Positions 11,953-20,686 of a stretch of 64,000 nucleotides of DNA are shown here, in pieces. The number at the start of each line of letters is the position of its first letter. Positions within the stretch are counted from its first letter, which is position 1. Origin of the DNA: Actinomycetota bacterium. GTDB taxonomy: Bacteria > Actinomycetota > Acidimicrobiia > IMCC26256 > PALSA-610. The stretch is from assembly GCA_052390615.1 (NCBI GenBank), contig JBQTGT010000035.1:14142-78141 (forward strand), read 5' to 3'. The notes under the pieces are model-generated. The model was not told the origin of the DNA. It saw nothing but the letters and a program-made list of their open reading frames with translations, and searched no databases. The position numbers and the translations under genes were made by a program.

Positions 11953-12168
11953 CTACGACGCCTCGCCCTTGGCAACGAGGCGCTCGTGCTCGGCGTCGTC
12001 GACCGTTTCCGCCTCGTCGACGAGCATGATCGGGATGTCGTCTTGAATGCGGTAGCGCCTGCGCAAGCGCGGGTTGTAGAGCGCGTCCTCGTCCGGGAAG
12101 TACAGCAACGAACCCTTGTCCTCGGGACAGGCGAGGATCTCGAGCAACTTCGGGTCAAGAGCCATCAT
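11953..12168 (-). CDS. Trm112 family small protein
   Basis: MALDPKLLEILACPEDKGSLLY...IPIMLVDEA, the canonical Trm112/UPF0434 pattern. Confidence 0.8.
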   Translation of the reverse strand: MMALDPKLLEILACPEDKGSLLYFPDEDALYNPRLRRRYRIQDDIPIMLVDEAETVDDAEHERLVAKGEAS

Positions 12169-12205
12169 TCTCCGCTCTGAAGGGCCGCTCGGGCCACGGC
12201 GCCGG

Positions 12206-12226
12206 CGGCGCAGGATACCTGCGCCG
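12206..12226. repeat. Hairpin CGGCGCAGG-ATA-CCTGCGCCG (arms of the palindromic element in swapped order)
   Basis: 9-bp perfect stem, 3' of manB. The arm sequences equal the outer arms of the 41-bp element. Confidence 0.7.
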
Positions 12227-12251
12227 TTGTTCCGGCGCCTCGGCCTCTGTT

Positions 12252-13589
12252 CTACTCGCCGCGGACCAGCGCGAGCACTTCGGCCGTGTGCGCGTCACAC
12301 GCGACTGCGTTCAGCGCCTCGAGATTCAGACGCAGCAACGGCTCGGTGTTGCTCGGTCGGAGGTTGAACCACCAGTCACCGCAGTCGACGGTGAGCCCGT
12401 CGAGTCGATCCTGGCGTTCGGTCGCGTACGCGGCCGCGACCTTCTCGATCACCGCGAGTGGGTCGGCGACACGGCTGTTGATCTCGCTGCTTTGCACGTA
12501 GCGCTCGAAGGGCTTGCGCAGCTCCGACAGTGGCACCTGTGCACGGGACAGCTGCTCCAGTACGAGGAGCGTCGCGATGCAGCCCGAGTCAGCCCGCCAG
12601 TTGTCACGGAAGTAGTAGTGCGCGGAGTGCTCGCCGCCGAAGATCGCGCCCGTCTCGGCCATCACTTGCTTGATAAACGAGTGGCCGACACGCGTGCGCA
12701 CGGGAGTCCCGCCCCGCTCGCGTACGATCTCGGGGACCGCCCGCGAACAGATGATATTGTGCACGATTGTCTCAGCGGGATGACGGTCCAGGATCCCGGC
12801 GGCGACGATCGCCGTGGTCGTCGACCCGCTCACGGGCTGGCCGAGGTCGTCGACCAGAAACACGCGGTCGGCGTCGCCGTCGAACGCGAGACCGACGTCC
12901 GCGCCGGCGTCGACGACTGCGCGCTGGAGGTCCTTGAGGTTCTCGACCTGGATCGGATCGGCAGGGTGGTTGGGGAACGTGCCGTCGAGCTCGCCGTACA
13001 GTAGGGCGAGAGAGAACGGCAACCCTTCGAACACCTTCGGCACGACCAGCCCGCCCATGCCGTTGGCCGTGTCGGCGACGACGCGCAGCGGGCGCAGCAC
13101 ACTGCTGTCGACGAATGACCGCACGTGCGCCGCGAATTCCTCGAGCAGATCAATGTGCTCGACCTTGCCCGCGACCTCTCCTCGCGATGTCACGCCGGCC
13201 ACGACCATTTCCTTGATCTGCACGAGACCCGACTGCTCTCCCACCGGGGCGGCGCCCGCCTTGCATAATTTGACGCCGTTGTACTGGGCCGGATTGTGGC
13301 TCGCTGTGAACATCGCGCCCGGCGCGTTGAGGCGGCCCGAGGCGAAGTAGACAAGGTCCGTCGACGCCAGCCCGACGTCGGTGACGTCGGCTCCGGCGAG
13401 CGTCGCGCCTTCTACGAACGCGGCGACGAGCGGCGCCGACGACGGGCGCATGTCGCGGCCCACCACCACCGACGAGGCCCCGGTGAAATGCACGAACGCG
13501 TTGCCGATCCGGCGCGCGATGGCCTCATCGAACTCATCCGGGTACACGCCGCGGACGTCGTAGGCCTTGAAGATGGCGTCGAGCGACAC
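12252..13589 (-). CDS. manB: Phosphomannomutase/phosphoglucomutase
   Basis: 445 aa. FKAYDVRGVYPDE; active-site loop TASHNPAQYNGVK; metal loop FDGDADR. Confidence 0.93.
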   Translation of the reverse strand: MSLDAIFKAYDVRGVYPDEFDEAIARRIGNAFVHFTGASSVVVGRDMRPSSAPLVAAFVEGATLAGADVTDVGLASTDLVYFASGRLNAPGAMFTASHNPAQYNGVKLCKAGAAPVGEQSGLVQIKEMVVAGVTSRGEVAGKVEHIDLLEEFAAHVRSFVDSSVLRPLRVVADTANGMGGLVVPKVFEGLPFSLALLYGELDGTFPNHPADPIQVENLKDLQRAVVDAGADVGLAFDGDADRVFLVDDLGQPVSGSTTTAIVAAGILDRHPAETIVHNIICSRAVPEIVRERGGTPVRTRVGHSFIKQVMAETGAIFGGEHSAHYYFRDNWRADSGCIATLLVLEQLSRAQVPLSELRKPFERYVQSSEINSRVADPLAVIEKVAAAYATERQDRLDGLTVDCGDWWFNLRPSNTEPLLRLNLEALNAVACDAHTAEVLALVRGE

Positions 13590-13646
13590 TCTCTGATCGG
13601 CTCCTGCACCCGTGTCGGGCCGAACGGGGGTCGGCCCGAAGCCGGG

Positions 13647-16600
13647 TCATGGTAGCGCCGGCGACCCTCGAGCTCGGGAGGGAGATTCGGGCCCGTCGTC
13701 TCCCGGCGGTGCGTCGCCACGCATGGGTGCATCCTGGTCGTCGGGCGCATCCGCGCTCGCAGTCTCCGACGACGCGTCGTATTCGGCGGCGTAGCGGGCG
13801 GCGCCCTTCCAGCGCGCGAGGAGCACGAGGCCAACGATGCCCGAGACCGTGAGCAGCCGGCCGAGCCAGTCGACCCCTGTCAAGCCGTAGGTCAGCGTCA
13901 CTTCGTTGTCAGTCGGGATCACCACCATCAAGTTCGGTGCGAGCCGCCAGGGACCGTCGGCACCGCGTACTTCCCAGTTCGGGAAGTACGAAGTCTTGAC
14001 GACGACGGGAACACCGGTCCGGTCGACCTTGAACGAGATGGTGTCGGGTTCCTCCTCGATGTCGGTCACCGCGACGCGCGGAAGCCGATCCGCATCGACG
14101 GCGTCGAGGTTGGCGTAGTCGACACGCTGCCACTCGTCGGGCCCCGACTCGACCCACGGCGTGTCGAGCAACGCCGCGTCGCCCCACCAGTCGGCCGCGC
14201 TGCACTCCCACGCGAGCAGATCGGGTTCCGGGAGCCGACCCTGCACCGGCTCAGGTTGGTCAAAGCACTCCCACGACTTGCCGCCGTGCGCTTCGGCGAC
14301 AACGGGCTCGGTGCGGAGGCCTTCGACCAGTGCGGAGTCGGCGACCTCGTACACCTTCCACCCGCGCGGATCCGCGCCATCGCGGTCGGGGATTTCGGAA
14401 ACGAGCTCGAGGTCGTCGTGCTGCGCGGCTTTGTTCTGTGCTTCGGCAGTCCACGCCATGTAGTAGCGCACGCCGAGCATCTGCAGGTGCTGCACGCCGC
14501 GGTCGAAGTCATTCTCGAGCGTGCCGTACGGAAGGCTACGGACCGGGTTCGAGGGGTGCGCGGCCAGCTCGGCGACCGTGAGGAAGTGGAACGACGTCGT
14601 CGCCGACGACTCGAAGTAGAGGCCTTCCATCGACCCGATGCAGCCGTCGGTGAAATGCGGGATGAGTTCGAGCGCGAGCGACGTGCCGTACGTGTTGATG
14701 GGGTCACCCTCCATCGATGACGGTTCCCACAGCAGCCGCCCACATCCGAGCTGCTCGCCCATCTCGCCCAGCGCGACCATGATTCCGGAGTACTCGGGCC
14801 ACGCGGTCTTTCGCTCGTAGCCGTCGTAGTTCCAACGCGCCCAGCCTTCAATCGCGATCGCGCCGTTGTCGTCGCGCGCGTCCCATGCGCGATGCAGGCC
14901 GAATCCACCCGCGATCACGACGACGAGCGTGCACGCGAGGAAGCCGGCGAGATGGCTGCGATGTTCGATGGTTTCGTCCCCGAGCGCCGACGGACGCGTC
15001 CACCCGGGCGGATCGCGGTCCCATGCCCCTCGGTAGACCACGTCGAGCGCATGGCGTCGCAACGCCGGATCGACACAATCGGAAGCGCCGTCGATCTCCT
15101 GTTGGATCGTCGGAGTCAACGCGTCGATTCGAGCGTCTCGTGCTCGCGCTTGTTCGCGCAGGCGCGCGTACGCGTCGGACAGGCGCCGGAACCGGTCGAT
15201 ATCCTCGCCGTCGGAGTCGGCAACGATCTGTCGGAAGGCACGGTCGACTTCGTCCTCGGTGGCGTCCTCCCGCACGCGCAACAGCGCGCACGCCTCCGCG
15301 TCGAGAATGGTTGATGGGCCGCCGCCGTTCGACGCGATCGGCGCGTCGGGAACTCCCCCGGCGAGCTCGTTCCACGCCCGCGCGCGCGCGTCGAACAGAT
15401 CGCCGGCGCGTACCCATCGCAGCGCGGCCCGGCCCGCCTTCCCGGCCAGGAGCGCGAGCTCGGTTGCCCCAATCGCGGCGAGGAAGCCACCGCACAGCAA
15501 CCAGAAGGGCAAGAAGCGCGTGTTCCAGATCGCAAAGTACGGCAGCCATTGCACGAACGCGATTCCGGCGACGAGCGCGGTGACGAGCAGCACGAGCGTC
15601 GACCGCCGCCGGTGCCACCCCGCCATCGCCACCGCGATGCCCATGAGCACCCACATCCACGACGGCAACCACAGCTGCTGCTCGTTCATAACGCCGGACG
15701 CGTCGGGGCCCCGGCCGATCGCCCGCACGAATCCTTCGAGCGTCCGCTCGAACGGGCCGGGTAACCAACCGAGGATCCCGGTTGCCTGCCACGTACCCTC
15801 GGGAAGCTCCTTGGCGTAACGCATGCTCTGCGTCATGTCGTGCCGCCAGACGAGCGGCAACGTCCATACGGCAGTCACGGCGAGCGCGGCCGCGCCCATC
15901 GCGCCCGCGAGCGGCCACGTGCGGCGCGGGCGTCTGGTCACGACCATCAACACCGCGACGAGCGCGACGAAGAACGCCACGACGACGTGCGACATCGCCG
16001 CCAGCGCGATCAAAAGGGGCGCGACCCAACGGCGCTTGCCGGTATCCAAAGTGACCCCGACCGCACCGAGACCGAACAGGCCCAGCGCCAGCGCGATCGT
16101 GAACGAGAACTCGCCGGCGAGCGTGCTCGCGATGTTGCCGCCGTAGATCTGCCAGTTCGAACGCGTCTGCACCAGTGTCCCGAGCGCGGCGATCGCGAAC
16201 GCGGGTGGCGCCGGCCATGGGGCGCGCAGACCGCGAGCAAACGCGTACGCACTCGCCGGGAGCGCCACGACCCCCGAGACGGTCACGAGCTTGAACGCGA
16301 CGTTGTAGGGCACGCCGGGGATCGCGTCGAGGATCGTGACGAGCACGGCCGGCAACGGGAAGTAGTAGTGACCGGCCGGGAAGCCCGCGTACCAGTCGGG
16401 CGCCCATCCGGAGAGGCGCAACTTGGGGAACCAGTTCTCGGCGAGGAAGTTCGGCCACCACACGTGGGCGCCCATGTCGCCGCCGTTGGTGGTCGTGTTG
16501 GTGAACAGTCGGCCCGCGTCAAGGTCCGTGAGCGGCCAGACGTTCATCCCCGGGTTGATGATCTCGAGGGCGATCCACGTCGCGACGAGCACGATGGTGG

Positions 16601-16826
16601 CACCGACCAGCCGTTCGCCGAGCTTGCGGGTGCGCTCGAAGTCGGCGCCGCGCAGCCCGTTCGACCGAAAGAACACGCGATCGAGCAGTCGGTCGATCAG
16701 CGGCGGTCTTGAACGAAACTCCGGGTCGAAGCCGTCGTCGGGCGCGTCAGCGCCGCCGATGGGCGCGCCGGGCGGCGCGACATCGATCGGCGGGTCTGCG
16801 AGCGGAAGTGGGGGACGCCCGTCCAC
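13647..16826 (-). CDS. Large polytopic membrane protein, GT-C-like putative polyprenyl-phosphate-sugar glycosyltransferase, with internal J-like domain
   Basis: 1059 aa. About 12 hydrophobic segments in residues 70-465. First-loop motif GGDMGAHVWWPNFL...GWAPDWYAGFPAGHYYFPLP resembles the COG5617/PTPS-related membrane family as I recall it. Soluble insert at residues 470-620, one more TM, a ~350-aa extracytoplasmic domain, a C-terminal TM and an acidic tail. Confidence 0.6.
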   Translation of the reverse strand: MDGRPPLPLADPPIDVAPPGAPIGGADAPDDGFDPEFRSRPPLIDRLLDRVFFRSNGLRGADFERTRKLGERLVGATIVLVATWIALEIINPGMNVWPLTDLDAGRLFTNTTTNGGDMGAHVWWPNFLAENWFPKLRLSGWAPDWYAGFPAGHYYFPLPAVLVTILDAIPGVPYNVAFKLVTVSGVVALPASAYAFARGLRAPWPAPPAFAIAALGTLVQTRSNWQIYGGNIASTLAGEFSFTIALALGLFGLGAVGVTLDTGKRRWVAPLLIALAAMSHVVVAFFVALVAVLMVVTRRPRRTWPLAGAMGAAALAVTAVWTLPLVWRHDMTQSMRYAKELPEGTWQATGILGWLPGPFERTLEGFVRAIGRGPDASGVMNEQQLWLPSWMWVLMGIAVAMAGWHRRRSTLVLLVTALVAGIAFVQWLPYFAIWNTRFLPFWLLCGGFLAAIGATELALLAGKAGRAALRWVRAGDLFDARARAWNELAGGVPDAPIASNGGGPSTILDAEACALLRVREDATEDEVDRAFRQIVADSDGEDIDRFRRLSDAYARLREQARARDARIDALTPTIQQEIDGASDCVDPALRRHALDVVYRGAWDRDPPGWTRPSALGDETIEHRSHLAGFLACTLVVVIAGGFGLHRAWDARDDNGAIAIEGWARWNYDGYERKTAWPEYSGIMVALGEMGEQLGCGRLLWEPSSMEGDPINTYGTSLALELIPHFTDGCIGSMEGLYFESSATTSFHFLTVAELAAHPSNPVRSLPYGTLENDFDRGVQHLQMLGVRYYMAWTAEAQNKAAQHDDLELVSEIPDRDGADPRGWKVYEVADSALVEGLRTEPVVAEAHGGKSWECFDQPEPVQGRLPEPDLLAWECSAADWWGDAALLDTPWVESGPDEWQRVDYANLDAVDADRLPRVAVTDIEEEPDTISFKVDRTGVPVVVKTSYFPNWEVRGADGPWRLAPNLMVVIPTDNEVTLTYGLTGVDWLGRLLTVSGIVGLVLLARWKGAARYAAEYDASSETASADAPDDQDAPMRGDAPPGDDGPESPSRARGSPALP

Positions 16827-16919
16827 GACCTACCAGCATGCCAGGCGGGGTACCCGTGCCGATCTCACCCGAGTGCACGCCGGAGAAGCCGACCGGGCGT
16901 CGGCCCGGACGCACACGCG

Positions 16920-17096
16920 TCAGCGGCCGGCGCGGGCGAGCTCGAGCACTTCGTCGAGACTCAGGACGCCGCCGTCCTCTTCCCAGGTGTTCGATTCACA
17001 GCGACCACACCGGTGGAACGTGACGTCGTGGCCGGCGATCCGCATCCGGATCGTGATGACCGGCCCATCGTGCGCACATCCTGTGCAACCATGCAT
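16920..17096 (-). CDS. Small zinc-ribbon protein (58 aa), hypothetical
   Basis: Last 58 codons of ORF 16920..19394: MHGCTGCAHDGPVITIRMRIAGHDVTFHRCGRCESNTWEEDGGVLSLDEVLELARAGR. Two CxxC pairs. GGGAGG Shine-Dalgarno 6-11 nt upstream of the ATG at 17096. Confidence 0.55.
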   Translation of the reverse strand: MHGCTGCAHDGPVITIRMRIAGHDVTFHRCGRCESNTWEEDGGVLSLDEVLELARAGR

Positions 17097-17249
17097 TCCC
17101 TGCCTCCCAGTCCGTACCGCCTGACCGTTGTCGGCCCTCCCGGGCGCCGACTGAAGGCGGCAACCAGTGACATCGGCCACTGTGTGTCGCACTTTCGCCG
17201 TGCGGCGCCACACCGGCCCCACCGTCCGGCCATCGCCCGCCCCGGTCCC

Positions 17250-17291
17250 CGCAGTCCCCGCAGGACAGAACGCAGTCCCCGCAGGACAGAA
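17250..17291. repeat. 21-bp tandem repeat x2 (cgcagtccccgcaggacagaa)
   Basis: Exact duplication at 17250-17270 and 17271-17291. Each unit contains the dyad AGTCC-CCGCA-GGACA. A related TGTCC-CCAAG-GTCA sits at 17313-17326, overlapping the CPBP stop. Confidence 0.9.
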
Positions 17292-17323
17292 CGCGCTCGC
17301 CCGTTGGCCCGTTGTCCCCAAGG

Positions 17324-18052
17324 TCAGGCGTAGCGCTCGGCGAGGATGGCGATCACAGAACAGCTGTTGAAGCCCAGGTGGAAGAGGATCGCGGGCGACA
17401 GGCTGCCCGAGCGCACGACGAGGGTCGCAGTCACCGCGCCGACCGCGGCGAGCGCCGGGAGACGAACGACGGTCCCGAGCGAGAGGTCGAGCAGCACGTG
17501 GAGCACGGCGAAGATCCCGGCGCACAGGGCGATCGCCGCGCCGGTGTCGACCCGGCCGAGCAGCGCTCGCAGCAACAGCCCCCGGAAGACGAGTTCCTCG
17601 AACACCGGCGCCAGCAGCACCGCGATGACGACGAGCACTGCGACCTCGGCACCGGGAGCGTCCCGGATGTCCTCGACGACCGCTTGTTCGTCGTCGACGA
17701 GGCGGGTCAGCGGATACAACACCGCGCCCGCGACGATCAGCAGCCCTGCGCCGGCCGGCACACACCACCAGTCGCGCGCCCGTAGTTCCAGACCGCAGTC
17801 GCGCCGCAATGAACCGCTGCCCCGCCGCCGGCTGATCGCCACGAGCGCGACCGCGTACGCGCCGAATTGGCCGACCGCTGAACCCAGCGTCCCCGCCCAC
17901 CCGGGGTCTTCGACGTCCTCGCCGTGGATCGCGACGCCGATCGACAACCCGACGAGGGCGACCGCCAACGCCGTGAGGAACACGGCGACGAAATGCCAAA
18001 TCCGAAACGGCGACGGCGACGGCGCCGACGTCGGCCGCGGATCCGGTTCCAT
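17324..18052 (-). CDS. CPBP family intramembrane glutamic endopeptidase (CAAX protease-like)
   Basis: Multi-TM protein with the three CPBP motifs APVFEELVFRG, FAVLH, FHLGFN. Confidence 0.85.
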   Translation of the reverse strand: MEPDPRPTSAPSPSPFRIWHFVAVFLTALAVALVGLSIGVAIHGEDVEDPGWAGTLGSAVGQFGAYAVALVAISRRRGSGSLRRDCGLELRARDWWCVPAGAGLLIVAGAVLYPLTRLVDDEQAVVEDIRDAPGAEVAVLVVIAVLLAPVFEELVFRGLLLRALLGRVDTGAAIALCAGIFAVLHVLLDLSLGTVVRLPALAAVGAVTATLVVRSGSLSPAILFHLGFNSCSVIAILAERYA

Positions 18053-18140
18053 TGCGGGCGCAGGCTAGGCGGCGCGGGCCCGGACCGAGATCGACATGGC
18101 GCCGCCGTAGCATGGGGCCGCTGTCCGCATTGGAGCCCCG

Positions 18141-20141
18141 ATGAGCCCTCCCGAAGACCAATGGCGTCCGCCCGAGAATCCGAACCGGCGGCCGCGCCCG
18201 GGCGGAGCCCGGCCGCCGGTCCCGCGACCGCGCTGGACGCCGTGGATCGTGCTCGCCGTGCTCGTCACGGGGTTTCTGGTATGGCGAGCGGCGCCGAGCG
18301 GTGACGGCGGCCAGGTCGAGCTCGACTATTCCGAGTTCCTGACGCTCGTCGAGGAGGACAAGGTCGCCAACATCAAGTACGAGTCGTCGAGCGGCAAGAT
18401 CACGGGGGCCCTCGTCGAAGGCGAGAAGGTCGAAGGCAAAGAGGAGCTCACGACCCAGGGCCAGCCCGACGGGCTCCCCAACCGCGACATCGCCCTGTTG
18501 GAGGAGCACGACGTCGGCCGCGACTACAAGCCGCGTCCGTCCGACTGGTTCGGCACGATCCTCATCTACTTCCTGCCGCTGATCCTGATCGTCGCGTTCT
18601 TCGTCTGGATGAGCCGCCGGGCGCAGGGCCAGATGGGCGCGGTGATGAACATCGGACGCTCGCGCGCCAAGGTGTACGCGACCGACAAACCGAAGACGAC
18701 GTTCGCCGACGTCGCCGGCTACAGCGCGGTCAAGCAGGAAATCAAGGAAGTGGTCGAGTTCCTCAAGACGCCGGGCAAGTTCAAGGACATCGGTGCGCGC
18801 ATCCCCAAGGGCGTGTTGCTCGTCGGTCCGCCCGGTACCGGCAAGACGCTGATCGCCCGCGCCGTCGCCGGTGAAGCGGGCGTGCCGTTCGTGTCGATCA
18901 CAGGTTCCGACTTCATGGAGATGTTCGTCGGTGTCGGCGCCGCACGCGTGCGCGACCTGTTCAACACTGCCCGCAAGCAGGCGCCCGCGATCATCTTCGT
19001 CGACGAGATCGACTCCATCGGCCGCAAGCGCGGCGCCGGGCTCGGCGGCGGCCACGACGAGCGCGAACAGACGCTGAATCAGATGCTCGCCGAGATGGAC
19101 GGCTTCGAGGCGACCGAGGGCATCGTGATGATGGCCGCCACCAACCGGCCCGACATCCTCGACCCCGCCCTCTTGCGACCGGGCCGCTTCGACCGCCAGA
19201 TTCTCGTCCCGCTCCCGACGCAAGAAGAGCGACGCGAGATCTTGGTCGTGCACTTCCGCGACAAGAAGATCGCCGACGACGTCGACGTCGACGTCATCGC
19301 ACGCGGCACGCCGGGCATGAGCGGTGCCGACCTCTCCAATCTCGTCAACGAAGCGGCGCTGTTCGCAGTTCGGCGCGGCGCGACCGAGGTCCACAGCGAA
19401 GACTTCGACGCGGCGCGCGACCGCGTGCTCATGGGCTTACGGCGCGAGTCGATGGTGCTCTCCGGCGAGGAGAAGGAGATCGTCGCGTACCACGAAGGCG
19501 GCCACGCGGTGTGCGCGTACGTGCTCGAGCATGCCGACCCGCTCCACAAGGTCTCGATCCTTCCGACGGGCATGGCCCTCGGCGTCACCCAACAACTGCC
19601 GCTCGAGGAGCGACATATCTACAAGCGCGAGTACATCGCCGACTCGCTCGTCGTGCGCCTGGGGGGACGGGTCGCCGAGGAATTGGTGTTCGGCCACCAG
19701 TCGACGGGGGCCAATAACGACCTGGTCGGCAACACCGAGCTCGCCCGCAAGATGGTCCGCGAGTGGGGCATGTCGGATCGCATCGGCCCGATGGCGTGGG
19801 GCTCGCAAGGCGCTGTGTTCCTCGGCGAAGACTTGATGCACTCGCGCGACTACTCCGACGAGACCGCCCGCGTCATCGACGAGGAAGTCGAGCGCATCCT
19901 GCGCGACGAAGAAACCCGCTGCCGCAAAGTGCTCTCCGAGTATCGAGCCGGTCTCGACGCGGTCGCCGCCACACTGCTCGAGAAAGAAACGCTCGACGGC
20001 TTCGAAGTCGGCAAGCTGGTCGACGACGCGATGGGACGCAAAGTCGGCGGTCCCCGCAAGATCGTCCACGCCGACGGCACGGAGGAAGAAGCGGAGACCC
20101 CGCTCACCGACCCGTACCGCACGGTGCCACCCGGCGGGTAG
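18141..20141 (+). CDS. ftsH: ATP-dependent zinc metalloprotease FtsH
   Basis: 666 aa. Two TM segments; Walker A GPPGTGKT; IIFVDEIDS; SRH region; HEGGHAV zinc site. Confidence 0.97.
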   Translation: MSPPEDQWRPPENPNRRPRPGGARPPVPRPRWTPWIVLAVLVTGFLVWRAAPSGDGGQVELDYSEFLTLVEEDKVANIKYESSSGKITGALVEGEKVEGKEELTTQGQPDGLPNRDIALLEEHDVGRDYKPRPSDWFGTILIYFLPLILIVAFFVWMSRRAQGQMGAVMNIGRSRAKVYATDKPKTTFADVAGYSAVKQEIKEVVEFLKTPGKFKDIGARIPKGVLLVGPPGTGKTLIARAVAGEAGVPFVSITGSDFMEMFVGVGAARVRDLFNTARKQAPAIIFVDEIDSIGRKRGAGLGGGHDEREQTLNQMLAEMDGFEATEGIVMMAATNRPDILDPALLRPGRFDRQILVPLPTQEERREILVVHFRDKKIADDVDVDVIARGTPGMSGADLSNLVNEAALFAVRRGATEVHSEDFDAARDRVLMGLRRESMVLSGEEKEIVAYHEGGHAVCAYVLEHADPLHKVSILPTGMALGVTQQLPLEERHIYKREYIADSLVVRLGGRVAEELVFGHQSTGANNDLVGNTELARKMVREWGMSDRIGPMAWGSQGAVFLGEDLMHSRDYSDETARVIDEEVERILRDEETRCRKVLSEYRAGLDAVAATLLEKETLDGFEVGKLVDDAMGRKVGGPRKIVHADGTEEEAETPLTDPYRTVPPGG

Positions 20142-20561
20142 CTACGCATTCCGCAGCGCGGCGACGGCAGCCCACAGATCGGCGGCGTTGAACGCGCCCT
20201 CGAACGATCCGTGTGACACGCCGTCGGCGTCGATGATCTGGGTGATCGGCGCGGCGTCGAGGCCGTAGCGCCGGTGCAGCTCCGGTTGCTCCTGGAGTTC
20301 GACCTCGACCACCGCGACATCGTCGGATTCGAGCGGCGCGATTTTCTCGTGCAGACCCTGGCAGCTCTCGCAAAGTCGGGACGACCACAGCACGACGAGC
20401 CACGGTGCATCGGGGCGGGGGAAGTCGGTGCGGTCGAGTTGCGCCGGTACGACGATGCGGCCTTGCGTCGGCGGTGCGGTCGGGCGGCGGTGCTCGAGAA
20501 TGAGTGCGACGACGATCGCGATCGCGAGGATCCCCAGCGCGAGGCCGATGCGCAGTGCCAC
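20142..20561 (-). CDS. Membrane-anchored thioredoxin-fold protein
   Basis: N-terminal TM (LALGILAIAIVVALIL), then WLVVLWSSRLCESCQ (CxxC). Its stop abuts the ftsH stop with no spacer. Confidence 0.6.
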   Translation of the reverse strand: MALRIGLALGILAIAIVVALILEHRRPTAPPTQGRIVVPAQLDRTDFPRPDAPWLVVLWSSRLCESCQGLHEKIAPLESDDVAVVEVELQEQPELHRRYGLDAAPITQIIDADGVSHGSFEGAFNAADLWAAVAALRNA

Positions 20562-20600
20562 GGCCGGACGCTACGTGGTCGGTCCGCGCGACGCGCAACC

Positions 20601-20680
20601 GGACCAAAGTGACTTTGATGGCGTTCGGTCGGCTGTCAGCCGATCAACGGGACTTTGATGGCATTTTGTTGGGACAACGT
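20601..20680. repeat. Imperfect direct repeat pair phased 40 bp apart (core gactttgatggc)
   Basis: Identical 12-mers at 20611-20622 and 20651-20662 with partly conserved flanks. Confidence 0.8.
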
Positions 20681-20686
20681 CTCGCG

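Noticed and set aside
14848-16461. 537-aa minus-strand ORF in a second frame of the GT-C-like gene
   Set aside because: The translation is Arg-rich nonsense, whereas the 13647..16826 frame gives coherent TM helices and domains.
17097-19394. Upstream 766 codons of the 824-aa minus-strand ORF 16920..19394
   Set aside because: It is antisense to ftsH and overlaps the CPBP gene in another frame, with low-complexity Arg/Gly/Pro composition. Only the last 58 codons, which have their own Shine-Dalgarno and ATG, look like a gene.
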